Shown here: piece by piece, positions 25,823 through 39,744 of the stretch
Layout: each line of letters opens with the position of its first letter
How positions within the stretch are numbered: position 1 is the first letter of the stretch
DNA from: Saccostrea cucullata
Lineage: Eukaryota
NCBI RefSeq assembly: GCF_032062105.1
Contig: NW_026929387.1
Location: 62,001 to 126,000, forward strand
Direction: 5' to 3'
DNA length: 64,000 nt
Translations under genes and position numbers: made by a program
Notes under the pieces: model-generated
Told to the model about the DNA's origin: nothing
Database searches by the model: none
The model's input: the letters and a program-made list of their open reading frames with translations, nothing else

Positions 25823-26332
25823 ATTTTCATCAATATTTATTTGTTTGATCTATTAAGAATTATCTATATTCAGTTTACAAAGTTTTTGAGTCAAGGAAGT
25901 ATATAGTATTGACATAAAAATATTAAAAAATGTCGTAAAGGAGAAACCATCCTTTCTTAATTAATTTTAGTTTAAGGACTGATGATATGTTCCTCAATAA
26001 TATATGATTTTTTCCAAGATTTTGTCATTGAAGTATTGCTAATAAATATGTTTACTCAAAAAATACTGAGGAACCTTTCCAGGCATTTGTGCAAAATAGC
26101 ATAGGGTTGTGTTTCTTATATAATCCTTTTGGGTAAAAAACTCAATTTCCAAAATTTGATCTTTTAGAATTTTGATTTTTTTTATTAATGAAAATGGTTT
26201 AGAAATCAAAATGTAATTAAAATTTAGAATATTTTTCATATATTTCAAGAATATATTAAATTAAAGTTGATCATTCTGTATTATTCTTAATTTTAACTCA
26301 GTGGCATAAAAAAATAATTAATTTTATTTTAA

Positions 26333-26631
26333 GGACAGATGATACGTTCCTCAATAATATATGATTTTTTCCTATATTTTGTCATTGAAGTATTACTACT
26401 TAAATATGTTTACTCAAAAAAGACTGAGGTACCTTACCAGGCATTTGTGCAAGATAGCATAGGGTTGTGTTTCTTATATAATCCTTTTGGGAAAAAACTC
26501 AATTTCCAAAATTTGATTTTTTAGAGTTTCAATTTTTTAATAATGAAAATGGTTTAGAAATCAATATGTAATTAATATTTAGAATATTTTTCATATATTT
26601 TAAGATGAGACAAAACAAATATTGTCTGACC
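26333..26631. mobile_element. TTAA-flanked MITE (Kolobok-like), preceded by a partial direct copy at 25976-26248
   Basis: TTAA|GGACAGATGATA...TATTGTCTGACC|TTAA; the upstream ~270 bp is a near-identical direct repeat. Confidence 0.65.
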
Positions 26632-29345
26632 TTAATGGTTTTTCGACGTAGAGAACTGGATTAAACTGGTGTATGGAAAGGTGTCACGTGGTCATATAAG
26701 ATTCATTTAATGATAAATATTCTAGAAATATCAGTTTATCAATTTATCGGTCTGTTGTGGACTAAAGAACCAAAATCAGGCTTTTTTTCTACAATAAAAA
26801 GGGAATGAAATATTTATTCCTGAGATCTTGCAGTCCTTGCAGTCCTTTTCAATTTAATGTGAATTACATGTAAAGGTTATGCTCCGCAGAATACATGTAT
26901 ATATTTGATATATATATTAAATAACTATAGATTCTGAATGTTTCATATTTTTCCTAATACAAAAAATAACCAGTTATGTTATCCGAATTTTCTTTACTAC
27001 AATTAAATAATTTACTGAGTTATTAATGTTACCAAAAAATAAAAACAAAATATGACATGTATTCAATTCCTCATATTTCTTTAAAATAAAATTAAATCTT
27101 TTCATATATTTTTCAAGTGCTTAAAAGGCTTACACCTTTATTGCAATTTTTGCTTACATTTTTATTTTTTTTTTTTTTATTTTTCTTTTTTTTTTTTTTT
27201 TTTGAAAAAAGCTTTAATGAATGGAATTCATTTGAAAAATCGTAGAATTCAGTTACAAAAACATTCCCTACAACATTACTTCAAACGCTTATACAAGTGT
27301 TTATAAAGATGGAGTTTGAATGCTTACGTTCAATTTCACTCTGCACGTATCACTGAGAACGGACGGACAATACTTTTGAGTTGGTTTTGATTTCTAACAT
27401 TTCTACGCAGAATTCCCTTGATTATAGTTTAAATATCGTTCACTGAACAACAAAATTTCCATTTTTTCTTTGTGTAAGTAAAGGGGTGTGTGTTAATCAG
27501 ATGTGTCAGGAAATACGTAGTTTTAATAATTTTTTAAATCCTGCTATTATAATATTTTAATAGTTTTAAATGCTCTAGCAAAATATTATAGTTTTTATAT
27601 TTCTTTGATAAATCAACATGAATATAAAAATATGATGCAATTTCGAAAAACAAAACCAACAACCGCACTTTGATAAATTGCTTATGACAAATATTGAAAA
27701 TTATATCAACATTGTAAGTTTTAGAGTACATTATTTTCATTATGTAAATCAAATATGCGAGTACCATAAGAGAGGACAGAGGCATATTTATGAATTTGTG
27801 ACTGTAATGAAAAATTGGCAGCTTTTATTATTTTAAATATTAATGTATAAGTAAATTTTCTGCTTGAACTTAAAGTAAAATTTAAAAAAAATATACAATT
27901 TGCAAAACATGCCAGATAACATAATATCTTATGGAAAAGGTTAAAAATGACTATCTTAACTTTAAACATTAATAAACAAGGCAGCATAAATGAAATAAGA
28001 ACTTTTTTTATTTCTCCCAAAAACAAGAAAACAAACAAGAATTTTTCCTGAAGACTACTCTTTTAACAATAAACATTTTCTTAAGCATACAAATATGATT
28101 TAACAGTCACTAATTTACGAAGATCATTTTAATTAATGTAAACATATTGAACTGATACAAAATCAACTAATCTTCTAAACTCAGTAATAAAATGAATTTA
28201 AATAAAAACAATGTAATCGCAAAAATTTACATTTTTTTTTAATACACCGTTCTGCTTATTTTTTTAATTATATTTAACAGCTTAAAATTAATCGAATCTT
28301 CAGCAAAATATCTATCGTTAATGAATGATATTAACAGATATTATTAAATTAAAAAATTCTAGAAATACATATACATGTATACACAAAACTGAACAAAGTC
28401 TCTTTATCCTCACTACCCCTCAAATTTATAAATATAAAATGCAATATATTTCAACATGTGTGAACATTTTAAGTTTAGTATATATAAAATAAACTGGTAA
28501 TCCGGTATCCTTTTCTTCACATATAGTTCCTCATCCTTTATTTTAATTTTAATAGTACATGTAAAAAATAGCTCACTTCCTCTTTCTGTCTTAAAGAAAT
28601 TTCTTCCTTCCGCCACACTCTGAAGTCAATAACAAAATTATTATTCAATGAATATTGTCTTGGGGCTGTTGCAATTAGAGTGGTTATGGGGAAAAGTGTG
28701 ATCACTTAATAAATATAAAATGAGAAATTAATAGATAATACACGGACTTAAAAGTTAAAATAAGACACCTATTTTAATGAAAACTTTTAAGATCATTGCA
28801 CACACGAGCAAGACTTTGGTTAGCATGTATGGAGTTATCGTTAAACTAACAGAATATTGGCTTGGAGACAAATGGAAAGTGAAATTCGCTAAATGGCCAG
28901 GATTGCTTGAGGCAATTGAGACCAGAATTTCCATTCCACTCAACGCCGATCGCTTTCTGTCACAGACGACGTTTCTCCTAGCGAAAGATACAACATTATG
29001 ACATGACTTGATATAAATATATTGATGACATGTATCGAGGGAAATTAACAAATTGACGGCAGGGGCGCATCAAAGCTCCGATCTATTGGTAACGGCGCTT
29101 CTCGCGACACTGGGAGCTGTAACGGCGAGCTCCCGGATTATTGCCGGAGATTCCACAGATAGGAGCAAATCTAGGTCTTCTTTCATGCCCACTATTACTC
29201 ATTACAGCGCAGTATTACATGAATACTTTTACAGTTTTATATTTTTCCTTTTTAAATCAAGTTTATTTGAGGTTAAATGGTTCACAATAATGAGACATAA
29301 TGGGGACTATCTAATTCTCTCTCTATATAACAATATCTCTCTGAC

Positions 29346-29405
29346 GTGTGTGTGTGTGTGTGAGTGTGTGTGTGAGAGGGTGTGTGTGTGTGTGTGTGTG
29401 TGTGT
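29346..29405. repeat. (GT)n microsatellite
   Basis: Directly visible, interrupted by GA units. Confidence 0.95.
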
Positions 29406-30939
29406 TTAGCCATGAATATCACTCTGAATGATCTCGTTTTGACATAAGTACAAGTGATCAAACATTCTCATTAAATGCAGTTTTATCTTTCTAGTAATGT
29501 ATGTTAAGAAAAAATATATATATATAAAATAAAATCCAATAAAATTAAAATGACTTCCAACTGTCAAATTACACCAAAATCCGAGGAGAAATGACCACAG
29601 TTATACACTTTTACAAAACATTCGCTAGCCAAGGCTTAATGAGGAGAGAAACGGATAAGAAACCCTTCGTCCATCAAAGATGTTCCGTACACTGTCTTAT
29701 AAAAGATTTTTTAAAAATCGAAAAAAAAGAATACACAGGAAGGATAAAGCTTTTCACTGAATTCAAGCATTGAATTTATAGATTTTAAAGTTCTAAAAAA
29801 TAATGAGAAAATTCGTTGTTTGATAATACAATCATGAATGAATATTTAATACTATGAAAATTATATTTGAATCATGAGGCAGAAAAAAAAATTATGTAAA
29901 CAAATAAATGAAATAAATAGTTTCACTTTTGCTTTCTTTTATTTTTCTTGAATTAAAATTTTGAAACAATTTCTTCTAACTATTGACATTTTTATCATTT
30001 TTCAAAAAAAAAAAAAAAAAATTGCTCAATAAAAAGGTATTTAATACAAAATTTCCTAATGCCTCTTTGTGAAATAAAAAAAAAATGAAAAAAAAAATAA
30101 TAAATAAATGTATTGCTTCCTTTTAAGTATTTTATTACTTGTATATTGAAAACTGTATTAAGCATATTTATTGTTAGGAAATGTTAAGATGTTTAAAAAA
30201 CAGGCAGTATTTACGCCAGGATAGGACCGATAGAAAAAATTAGAAAATCTTGGTTTCATATTTAACAGGATGAAAGAAATACATATATCCAATCCTCTTT
30301 TTGTGTAAAAAAAAGTAAAGCTAATATCTCATTTATATACCCATGTGACTTAACATTTCTTATTACTTACGTGTAGTATTAATCATCTAGTTGGATGGGG
30401 TTGGTAACAACTTTTATGCTAAAGAAAACTATGGATTGAAGAAATGGTACGTTGGTGTGGGGTATATTCATTTCTGGATATGAGTATTTGGGAATCACAT
30501 GTATACCTGTGATCTTTGATAACACGCAACCTGAAAAATATATGTTAAAAACCATATTACATTTCATCAATCTGTTACAAGCATATAAAAGATAATTTAA
30601 GCACTTTAAAACAAAAATTAAAAAAAAAATTATTACAAGAGTTTTCATTTTTATTCCTAAAAAGGATTTGAAACCGTAAATGGCTTGGATTTTTATTATG
30701 TTAAGATTGTTTTTAAAAACGATACTGACGAGTTCTCTTAACCGATTAAAACATAATGAAACAAAAAAATGGCATTGTTTTTCCTGTAGAAACATATCCA
30801 TTCTTAAATTTCATATCTGAATTATATATCATTTTCCAGCAATTTGGAAATTTTATAGGTGAAATTAAGGTCGACAGTTTCACTTTGAAGGCCAAGTCAA
30901 TTTATTTGAAAATTGGTGTTTTAGGGTCATACATGTATA

Positions 30940-32301
30940 CGAGGGCTGTTCAATAAATAATGTCCTGGTTTCTATGACATACAATATAGAAATCATATGA
31001 AATTAAGCTTGACTTTCTCTCATGATTGATTACAGTTTAAGTGACCACTTTTCATCACATATTTTCATTGTGAGAAGCTGGAAAACAAGGACTATTCGAG
31101 ACACTGCAATAAAAATGAATGGTAAGGAATCAGTAAACTAGAGTGAAATTAAATGCTTCATTAAAGATGCTGAAAAACTCGTTAAGAATCCGAAAGAAAT
31201 ATTCACTGAAATATGTAAAATTTACAGCAACCAATGTCTGTTTTATAGACACATGAGCAGCCGGATTTCAATGAACAACAATGATATGAAGGGCATCAAA
31301 AATGGGTGCCGTCCTTGACGACAAGGATTTACAACAACTAATGGACTGTTTGCCCAAAATTCAACAAATTATAACTGATGATGTTTGATTGACTTTAAGA
31401 CACTTAAAAAAAATTGATAGGCATCATTTTGGAGGTAGTATACATTGTTTAATAAAAAATTGACTGTAAAAAAAGGTTAACTAGTACTCAATGGTCAATC
31501 TATGTTTTGAAAAAAAAGAGTGAAACCGACAGCCTGTAAGAATATCTAAACAATTATTTAAAAAAATAAAAAAAATTGTAGTTATCCACTTTTGTCTGAA
31601 ATTCAAACGGATAACAAAACTTGAATCCATTGCTTTAAACCCTCAAAACAAATTTACAATAAGATGCACTTGACAAAAACAGCCAAGGTCTGAGAAGAGC
31701 AAAGAATTGCAAAAGCACAAAAACAGTTTCGTATGCCATTTTCTTAAATATAAGTGGTCTTGTTGTTCAAATTCTTATTCGGGGAGGCAGTTCAATTTCT
31801 CGAGAGGTCTAAAAAGCAAATTTTTGCAAAAAAAAAAAAAAAAAAAAAAAAATCGAAAGGTTTGTGGGAGGGCGAAACCAGAATCCGGAATCCACTACAA
31901 AATATACTAAATCTACTTAAATTTCTTCATGACAGTGGCCAAACCCACACGCCATAAAGAGTTAATGATTTTGGGGATAAGCAGATACGTGTAGTTAATG
32001 TTTTGTCACTTCAACAATATTCGCCAAATCTTTCACCCTTTCACTTGTTTCATTTTCCAAACTTGAAAAAAAAACACCTTTCAGAAGAAGTCCAGGAAAT
32101 CGTAGGATCTGCCACATTCCAGTATACGGAGGGCCATACTCAAAAATTTGTTCTAAAAACAATCAGAAATTGGATAAAAATGTTACAGACATGTTTTTTA
32201 ATAAAAAGAGAATGGTTAAGTGAAATCATTATGACTGAATCATTGAAAAGTTTTTTTTTCTTTCCGAGCACCGAGGACATTACATGTATTTATTGAACAG
32301 C
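30940..32301 (+). mobile_element. Decayed mariner transposon
   Basis: TA + CGAGGGCTGTTCAATAAATAATGTCCT left TIR; decayed catalytic motifs TDNKT*IH (~31607), FLHDSGQTH (~31922) and [17 protein letters not shown] (YSPDL motif); damaged right TIR. Confidence 0.88.
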
Positions 32302-33034
32302 GAAATAAAGTGTTCGCACAAGATCATTTTTTAAAATAAACAGTCACGCAAATATTAAATTATTTTAGGTTCTTTAGTACTTCTTTGTAATGCGATTGGC
32401 TTGTTTATTTTTATTGACATTTTATATCGCAACAATCAGTCTTTTGAGGATACACTATGAAATAGATGAAAGATATTAACGAACAATTCCAATTTATCTA
32501 TTATTATATTATTTATAATAAAAACCCTAATAAGTCCCTCAGTACCCGTCCCGTCATACTTGGTACCAGTCCGACCCTGGTATTAAATGTGGTCGTTTCA
32601 TTTTTACATCCACATCTGTCCCTTTAAAAAAAAATCATAGTGACTTTAACAAGTTATGGATTTTACACATTTTTATTAAAATAAACAACTTGGAAAGATA
32701 TTTTTAAGAAAAGAAGAGCATAAACTTCTAGAAGCTGCTTGCTGTTCGAGATCAACTGATCAATATTCACTATTTCTTGTTGACCACTTGTTTCTGATGT
32801 TTTTACGTCTTATCTCTCAAGGCCTACTAGAAAAATTACAGGTAGGATATTTAATTTTCTTATATTACTATTTGCATCATACAATTTGAAACACATGTAA
32901 ATTATTTTGTAAATTAGTTGAGAAATGTACTTCTCAATGATTTTTTGAGATATGTAGGATTTTTTGCAAAAAAAAAATTAATTGAAAGATTTTTTTTTAA
33001 ACATAATTCAATGTACGTATCCATTGATATTATC

Positions 33035-33600
33035 AAATCTGTAAAACATCACCGGAACTACACATAAAAGATACCATCGAATCTGACACATATGTTTCAT
33101 ATTTGGTAAATAAGTAACCTAAGTAAATGATAATCTAAAAACAAAGCTTTATGATAAACGGGATGACTTTTCATTTGTCAAATTTCGTTCCTTTGTAGCA
33201 ATATATCTACATCACCTGCAAATGGAGTTAATGTCTCCCAGCTGATTCGATAGGCTAGGGCATGCTCTATATGTACAAACTGTCTCTTAAAACTGAAAAA
33301 CAAGTTCATAAAAAAGAATACACGTATGTTCGTTTAAAGTCATCACTTCGCAAGTTAATTGGTTGATACAATAATCTTGTCATAGAATGCATTATCTACA
33401 TGTATCATATAGTCAAATGCTGATGGAAGTTTTTCACACTAATTTTGAGGTCATTATTTACACTCTGACTTGGTACGGATTTTCCCGTTTTCTCGACAGT
33501 AACAAGGAGCGTACGGCTATTGTGACCGGTGGGCAGGAGATGCTTACTCCTCCATAGACCCTGATCCCACCTCTTATGTTTATGAAGTCCGTGTGTCAAA
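33035..33600 (+). mobile_element. Penelope-like retroelement fragment
   Basis: Decayed thumb (aagctttatgataaacgggatgac = KLYDKRDD; tctcccagctgattcga = SQLIR) plus the 3' motif at ~33505-33595. Confidence 0.8.
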
Positions 33601-33882
33601 AAACTTATAAAATAGAAATAAATGTGACGGGCTTCCAGAAGAAACCTCAGGTCTTCACAAAAATGACATTTCAGATAAAAAAAATCAGAAGCACTTGGGG
33701 GCTGGACACCCCCCCCCCCCCATCTCCTTTCTTTGTCATTTTTATTTTTCTTAAATCTGATATACACCTTTTTCCAAGTTTTGTATTCTTAATATGTACT
33801 TACTGATGTAGATACTGCAACCTTTTTTTTTTCTTCTAAAAATGCTATTTTTAAATATGTCGTTTTCGACTGATAAAAATAT

Positions 33883-34196
33883 TGTTTGTTGTTTAACGTT
33901 CCTCTCGAGAATTTTCCACTCATATGGAGATGCCACCACTTGCAGGTAGAGGAATGTAAATTTAGACATTTACTGGACTCTCAGGCCCACTGAGCAGTGA
34001 GGGATCTTTTCGTGCCAGTACTTACTGCGACACGGGACCTCGGTTTAAAAAGCCTCATCTCATGTAAAAAAAAACAAACAAACAAACAAACAAACAAACA
34101 AAACGGTCTCCAGATCCCCCAATTGATTCAAACCTGCCACTTAAAGATCAACTCCTTACTCGGCGTCTCTGTAACAAGCACTCTAGCTACTGCTCC
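33883..34196 (-). mobile_element. tRNA-derived SINE
   Basis: Minus strand shows A-box-like ggagcagtagctagag, B-box-like ggtttgaatc, a core (accgaggtcccgtgtcgcagt...gatccctcactgctca) and an (AAAC)n-like tail. Confidence 0.7.
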
Positions 34197-34376
34197 CTGC
34201 GAGCGACTGAATATATATATCAGACGAAAACGATGTATAGAGACAAAAATGTTACAATATAGATAACATGTTGTTGGAACAAGAAATAAGTATCAAAAGG
34301 TTGTCGACCCTAAATTTTAAAAGAAAGAGAGGATGCAGCTCCAGCCCCCAAATTGCCTGTGTCTGAAATCAGGAGA

Positions 34377-35666
34377 TTATTGTCCCCAACTTTCGCGAGA
34401 GCGAGGGGACATTAAATCTCATTCGTCAGTCTGTCCGTATTTCTGTCCCTTCGTCACAAATACTTTAACCTTGCCCATAACTTTTGATTTAGTGGAACTA
34501 TGACTTTTCATATTTCACATGTGCATTCCTTGTGACAAGACCTTTCTTTGGGTACCACCAAATTTGACCTTTTGACCTTGACCCTGGAGTTTGACCCACT
34601 TTTACACAAAAATTCCAAACTTTTACTTTGGCCATAACTTTTGAATGGTAGGTACTAGGACTTTCATATTTCACACATGTATTTTTTGTAGCAAGACCTT
34701 TCATTAGATATCAACAACTTTGACCTTTTGACCTTGACCTTGGAGATTTCCGTACTTATGAAAAATCTTTAATTTTGAACATAACTTTCGAACAATAAAA
34801 GCTAGGACTTTCATACTTCATATATGTAATTCTTGTGAGAAGACCTTTCATTGGATATCAAGAACTTTGACCCTTTGACCTTGACCTTTGAGTTTTAACT
34901 ACTTTTTAAAAACTATAACCTTGGTCACAACTTTTAAACGGTAGATACTAGGACTTCCATATTTCACATACGTATTTTTTGTGGCACGGCCTTTTCATTG
35001 AAGAACTTTAACCCTTTGATATTGACCTTGGAGTTTGACCTTCTTTTCAAAAACTTTGACTTTGGCCAAACCTTTTGAATGGTAGGTACTAGGACTTTCA
35101 TATTTCACATATGTATTCTTTGTAGCAAGACCTTTCATGAGATACCAACATCTTTGACCTTTTGACCTTGACCTTGGAGATTTCTGTACTTACGAAAAAA
35201 CTTTAATTTAACCTTGACCATAACTTTTGAATGGTAAAGGCTAGGGCTTTTATACTTCACATAGGTAATCCTTTTGAGAAGACCTTTCATTAGATACCAA
35301 GAAATTAAACCCTTTGACCTTGACTTTGGAGTTCGACCTACTTTTAAAAAACTTTAACCTTGGCCATAACTTTTAAACGGTTAGGGTTAGGGTTTTCATC
35401 CTTCACATATGCATTACTTGTGACAAGACTTTTTTTAAGAAACCAACAACTCTAACCCTTTCACCTTGGAGTTTGACCTACCTTTCAAAAATTTATCCGC
35501 GACCATAAATTTTGAACAGGTGGTGCTAGGGATTTTGTATTTCACAATCATATTTCTTGTGAGACCCTACTTTGGGTAATAATATATTTAATTTGCATTT
35601 ATGAAAGTTTAATCTTCGTTATGTTGCCATACGGGGTCATCAGTGTTCCACAAAAACATTTTCTTT
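34377..35666 (+). mobile_element. Helentron-associated non-autonomous element (HINE) carrying ~8 copies of a ~146-bp satellite
   Basis: 5' TGTCCCC...GGGGACA inverted repeat and GTCY microsatellite; units starting ccataactttt (or a variant) at ~34475, 34632, 34780, 34926, 35065, 35218, 35363 and 35503; 3' GGGGTCAT plus a short hairpin and T-run. Confidence 0.8.
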
Positions 35667-36639
35667 CTTATATTGAGAAGAGATAGGGCTTTCATATTTG
35701 ACATGTGACAAGATAATTCCGAGCATGCTATGATTTATTACTTGATCTTGACTTTCACAATTAACCTTATTTTTTTTAAAAACATCAGCTTCAATGATAA
35801 TTTCTAAATAAATGACATATGATAGGGTGTTCATATTAGAGATAATATGTCATAAAAAATAACATCTCACCCACAAAGACACCGAAAGCGGGGGACCACA
35901 ATTCTGTGAATTTGCTTGTATATACTTATTTGTTCTAAATGCATTATGTCTATCTTAAAAGATTATAAGTTATTATTATATAAGTTATTTCCAGTTAAAC
36001 CAGTGTTTAGTGTTATTTAAAAAAAAATTTGAAAGAATGAGGTTTACCAAAAAATAATTCATTGATTATATTCTATGCTAGTATAATTCTCAAAGAGGAT
36101 GCCATGGTGCCTCTTTTTTTTCCTTCCCCAATGAAAAGACAAGGCTTGAACATTTTTAAAAAAGATTTAAAGGTATCTACATTCAGTATTAGTTATTTAC
36201 TTTTATTACGATGAACGGTAGATATCAAAATTGGAACATGACTGGAAATTATATTTTTCACATAAGATGAAAAAACACTATCTATGAGAGTAATACAATA
36301 GGTGCTTTTAATGAATCTCCCATAAGGATGATAAATCGTCCCGGTTGTCAAATTCCAAGGATGTTCTGAATTAGGTTGACAGTGTTGTATGGCTGCAGTA
36401 TAAAATACAACTTTTTGATTTAATTAGGCCGGAGTTTTACACAACTTTTTGTTTGTTAATGACTTTTTTAATATGAGGTACACAATACTCTTACTAGTTT
36501 CGTGGTAAGCCACAAATTCATTCACAAATTCCACAGTGACACGCAAACTCTCTAATTTATGATCGTCGTTTAAGCTTAAATATATATTCCTTCATAAACA
36601 TATATATTTCCCTCAGTGAGATATGATAACAGACAGAAA

Positions 36640-36732
36640 TCAAGCTCAAAGGTCCATTTAACAATTCCAGTCGGAAACAGAGCAAGCACGGATCTCTAAA
36701 ACATCAGAAGTGGGATCAGGGACCCTAGAGGA
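36640..36732 (-). mobile_element. Short Penelope-like 3' remnant
   Basis: agagcaagcacggatctctaaaacatcagaagtgggatcagg is the reverse complement of the 3' motif. Confidence 0.6.
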
Positions 36733-37929
36733 CACTGGGTATACACCGTATAATTGTACAGAGAGTTTCATATTTATAAAGGTGCCTCTCATAGTGTAGG
36801 AACCGTAAAATTGGATTGCTTGGTAGTTTAAGGAAGAGAAACACGTCGATGTTTAAGCAATAAGTCTTTGGAATTTTTTTTTTTAATTTTTGTCTTAACT
36901 CATATCTATTATTACATTCATCATTCATTAAAAATACTAAGTTTTGAAAATAAAAAAGATACCTTCCTATTACATTGTAGAGAATTGGAAATGACTATGT
37001 ACATATATTATTAATGAATTTAAACAATAATAATAATACAATATAAAATTGAATATTATATTGCCCAACGAATACAATCAGTGATACAATTATTTTTTAA
37101 AGGGCTGATCGACCCAATTCAACTTTCTTTCTTTTTACTTTTTATATTGCGTTAGATCTATATCCATTTATATTTTTTCTTACATTGTATGTAAATTAAA
37201 TTTTCTGGAATTGTAATTCAAAAGATATGGATAAATGTATACGTAAAATGTAATATGTATAAAACCTTTACATGAATGTTGTAATAATAATGTAGCAATA
37301 AATGTGGAAAGTCACGTCAACACCCCTTCTTAAATTGTTCCATTAGTATACATGTCTGAGAACAGCTTTTCAGCATTTAAGAAGAGATTATTGAAAAGGC
37401 GTTTGAAAAAAAAATATATAATTATATTTTTACAGAAATAAGATTAGGTAGGAAATACTCTGAAAAAGTATTAAAAAGTTTTAACGACTATTATACTTTA
37501 TTATGTAAAGAAAAAATCCTTAAAAAGTAAGTTTGAAATAAAAGTTATCTAAATGTAATGTTAGGTAAAGAAGAGATTTTTTAAAAAGTATGTTGGGAAC
37601 TGATTTTAAAATGACTCTAACTTTTTTTAACGACAACTTCCCTTATAGTTATAAAGCTACGTACCATTATCACTTGCATATGGAATTCAAGTTTCCCATT
37701 CCATTCGATACAGAATAACATCCTCTAAAACTAGGCATGCATTGACAAATAAGTTAAAGAAACAACAATTTCAACATTTTCCATTAATCAACATTTTGCG
37801 AATCATATTGTCAATTCAATGATACAAACTGTAAGGAGAATGTTCTACATTTGGAGGTCCGTGTTTGCTTTAATTGACGTATAACATAGATATAAGGTAA
37901 GTAGGTGTAAGTTTTCACCAAAAAGTTCG

Positions 37930-38690
37930 TATGGGATAGAAATTATACAAATATTACATAAGGAAGTGATCCTTAAAAATCGTTTTGATTTTTATTCTTT
38001 TCAAAAGGTTTGCTTGGAATAGTTGTTATACAAATATAAGATAAAGAAGAAATTTGTAAACGTTTGTTTGGTATTCGTTATCCAGTATTAACAAAAAAAG
38101 AAAATCTTAAGGTTTCGTTGTGTATTGATGTACTCAAAAGATAGTTTGGAATAGATGTTATACAGATTTTAACTGACCCACTAAATTTTGGAATAGATAT
38201 TATTAGACATAGGAATGAAAAAAAACATTGATTGATTATATGTGTAACGTCCCTCTAAAGAATTTTTCACTCATGTGGAGTCCCCACCACTTCCCGGTAG
38301 AAAAACCAATCAAAAGGAATGAAAATAAAGTATGAGATCATGAAGAAATACTTAGAAGGTTTATTGGGATTAGATGTTATGAAAATATAATATATATCAC
38401 ATTAATATATTGTTTGGAATAGATGTTATATAAATATTAGATATGAAGAGGTCCTTAAAGGTCTGTCAGGAATAGATATCATACGGGTAAAAAAAGATAT
38501 GATAAAAAAAGATCCTTATAAAGTTTGTTTGGAATGGATGTTATACATGTACATATATTAGATAACAAATTCCTCAATGGTGTTATACAGATATAACAAA
38601 AGTTAAGAAATATCTTTAGAAATGGTTATACAGATATTATACTAATATATCGAAGAGTTCCATAAACAGTGTATCAGGTATAGATTTTCA
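37930..38690. repeat. Degenerate ~55-60-bp minisatellite
   Basis: Recurrent ttggaatagatgttata...agatatgaaga...ccttaaa motif. Confidence 0.6.
38222..38314 (-). mobile_element. 5'-truncated SINE copy with 11-bp TSD
   Basis: Matches 33890-33950; AGGAATGAAAA repeated directly at 38211-38221 and 38315-38325. Confidence 0.65.
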
Positions 38691-39744
38691 AGGATTACAA
38701 TTTGGCATCAACTGCCCAGAAATCATGTAATGACATTATTATCAGGAACACAAGACATCAGTACTATTGAACTTTTGATACACTCAAAATTTAACTTCTA
38801 ATTAAGACGGCATATGTGACCAAACTTTCTTTAAAACTATTAATTGTGTCAAGACGTCATATTTTTTTTTTACTTTTTTGAAAACGGATTGTTTTCATAC
38901 TAAACAATTTTTCTCTGTAAGAGCATGCATTTATTAAGTGTTCACTTTTCTAATCAAGTAAATGAGGTGTTACAGTTGTCTCTGACTGGATTAAAAAATT
39001 TGATTCAACCAATAGGATAACAAAAATGATTTTGTCCTTTCACCCAGTTGTTTGATCATAAAGGACACCATATGCAGATGTTCTCAGTTTCATTTTCTGA
39101 ACAATAAACCAGAGAAACCTTTGTAAACAAGTCCCTATACCAGTATAGCCATAAACATTGTGGTCATGACAGAATTTTGAAGTTTGCAATAGCATAAAAA
39201 AGGTTGACATACTCAGTATTCTTTTTACTTTTCATTTCATCTTCGATTTCTAAAAAAAAAATCTGAACTTCAAATTCGAAACGCGACGGCATGTTCTAAC
39301 TAATGTCTTTTTTTTTTTTACCAAAACAAGTTCCTGACATATAAGTCAATGTGACTGGACTTGAACAATCTTGATTACATTGTTATTTTTCATATTCTAT
39401 GTTCGAAGTACTTACAATGTAGCTTGTTAGCAGTCCATTGGATTTCTTTTTGGTAAAAAGAAAAGTTAGTAATGTAAAATATGAATTCTTGTTTTTCATA
39501 TACAGTACTGGTAGTTGAGATGTTAGTTTGTCTAGAATGGCTTCAGTCAGTACACCATCCAAATATATAATAGATATATTTTAATATCCCAAAGAAGCAA
39601 ACTGAATTCGAACTGCCATATTATAAATATATTGGATCCTGAAACTTCATAAGAATCCTTACAAACAAAGATACATAGCGGGTTCCAGTAACTAAGATAT
39701 AAACAGTAGTGAAAGAGAAACTTCAGAGTACAGTGCAACATTAT

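Noticed and set aside
28755-29409. ORFs of 74-118 aa in the GC-richer block
   Set aside because: No recognisable domain, no consistent splice pattern, and one runs into the GT microsatellite.
30379-30801. 140-aa minus-strand ORF
   Set aside because: Composition (F/I/K/N-rich) is what random AT-rich DNA gives; no motif.
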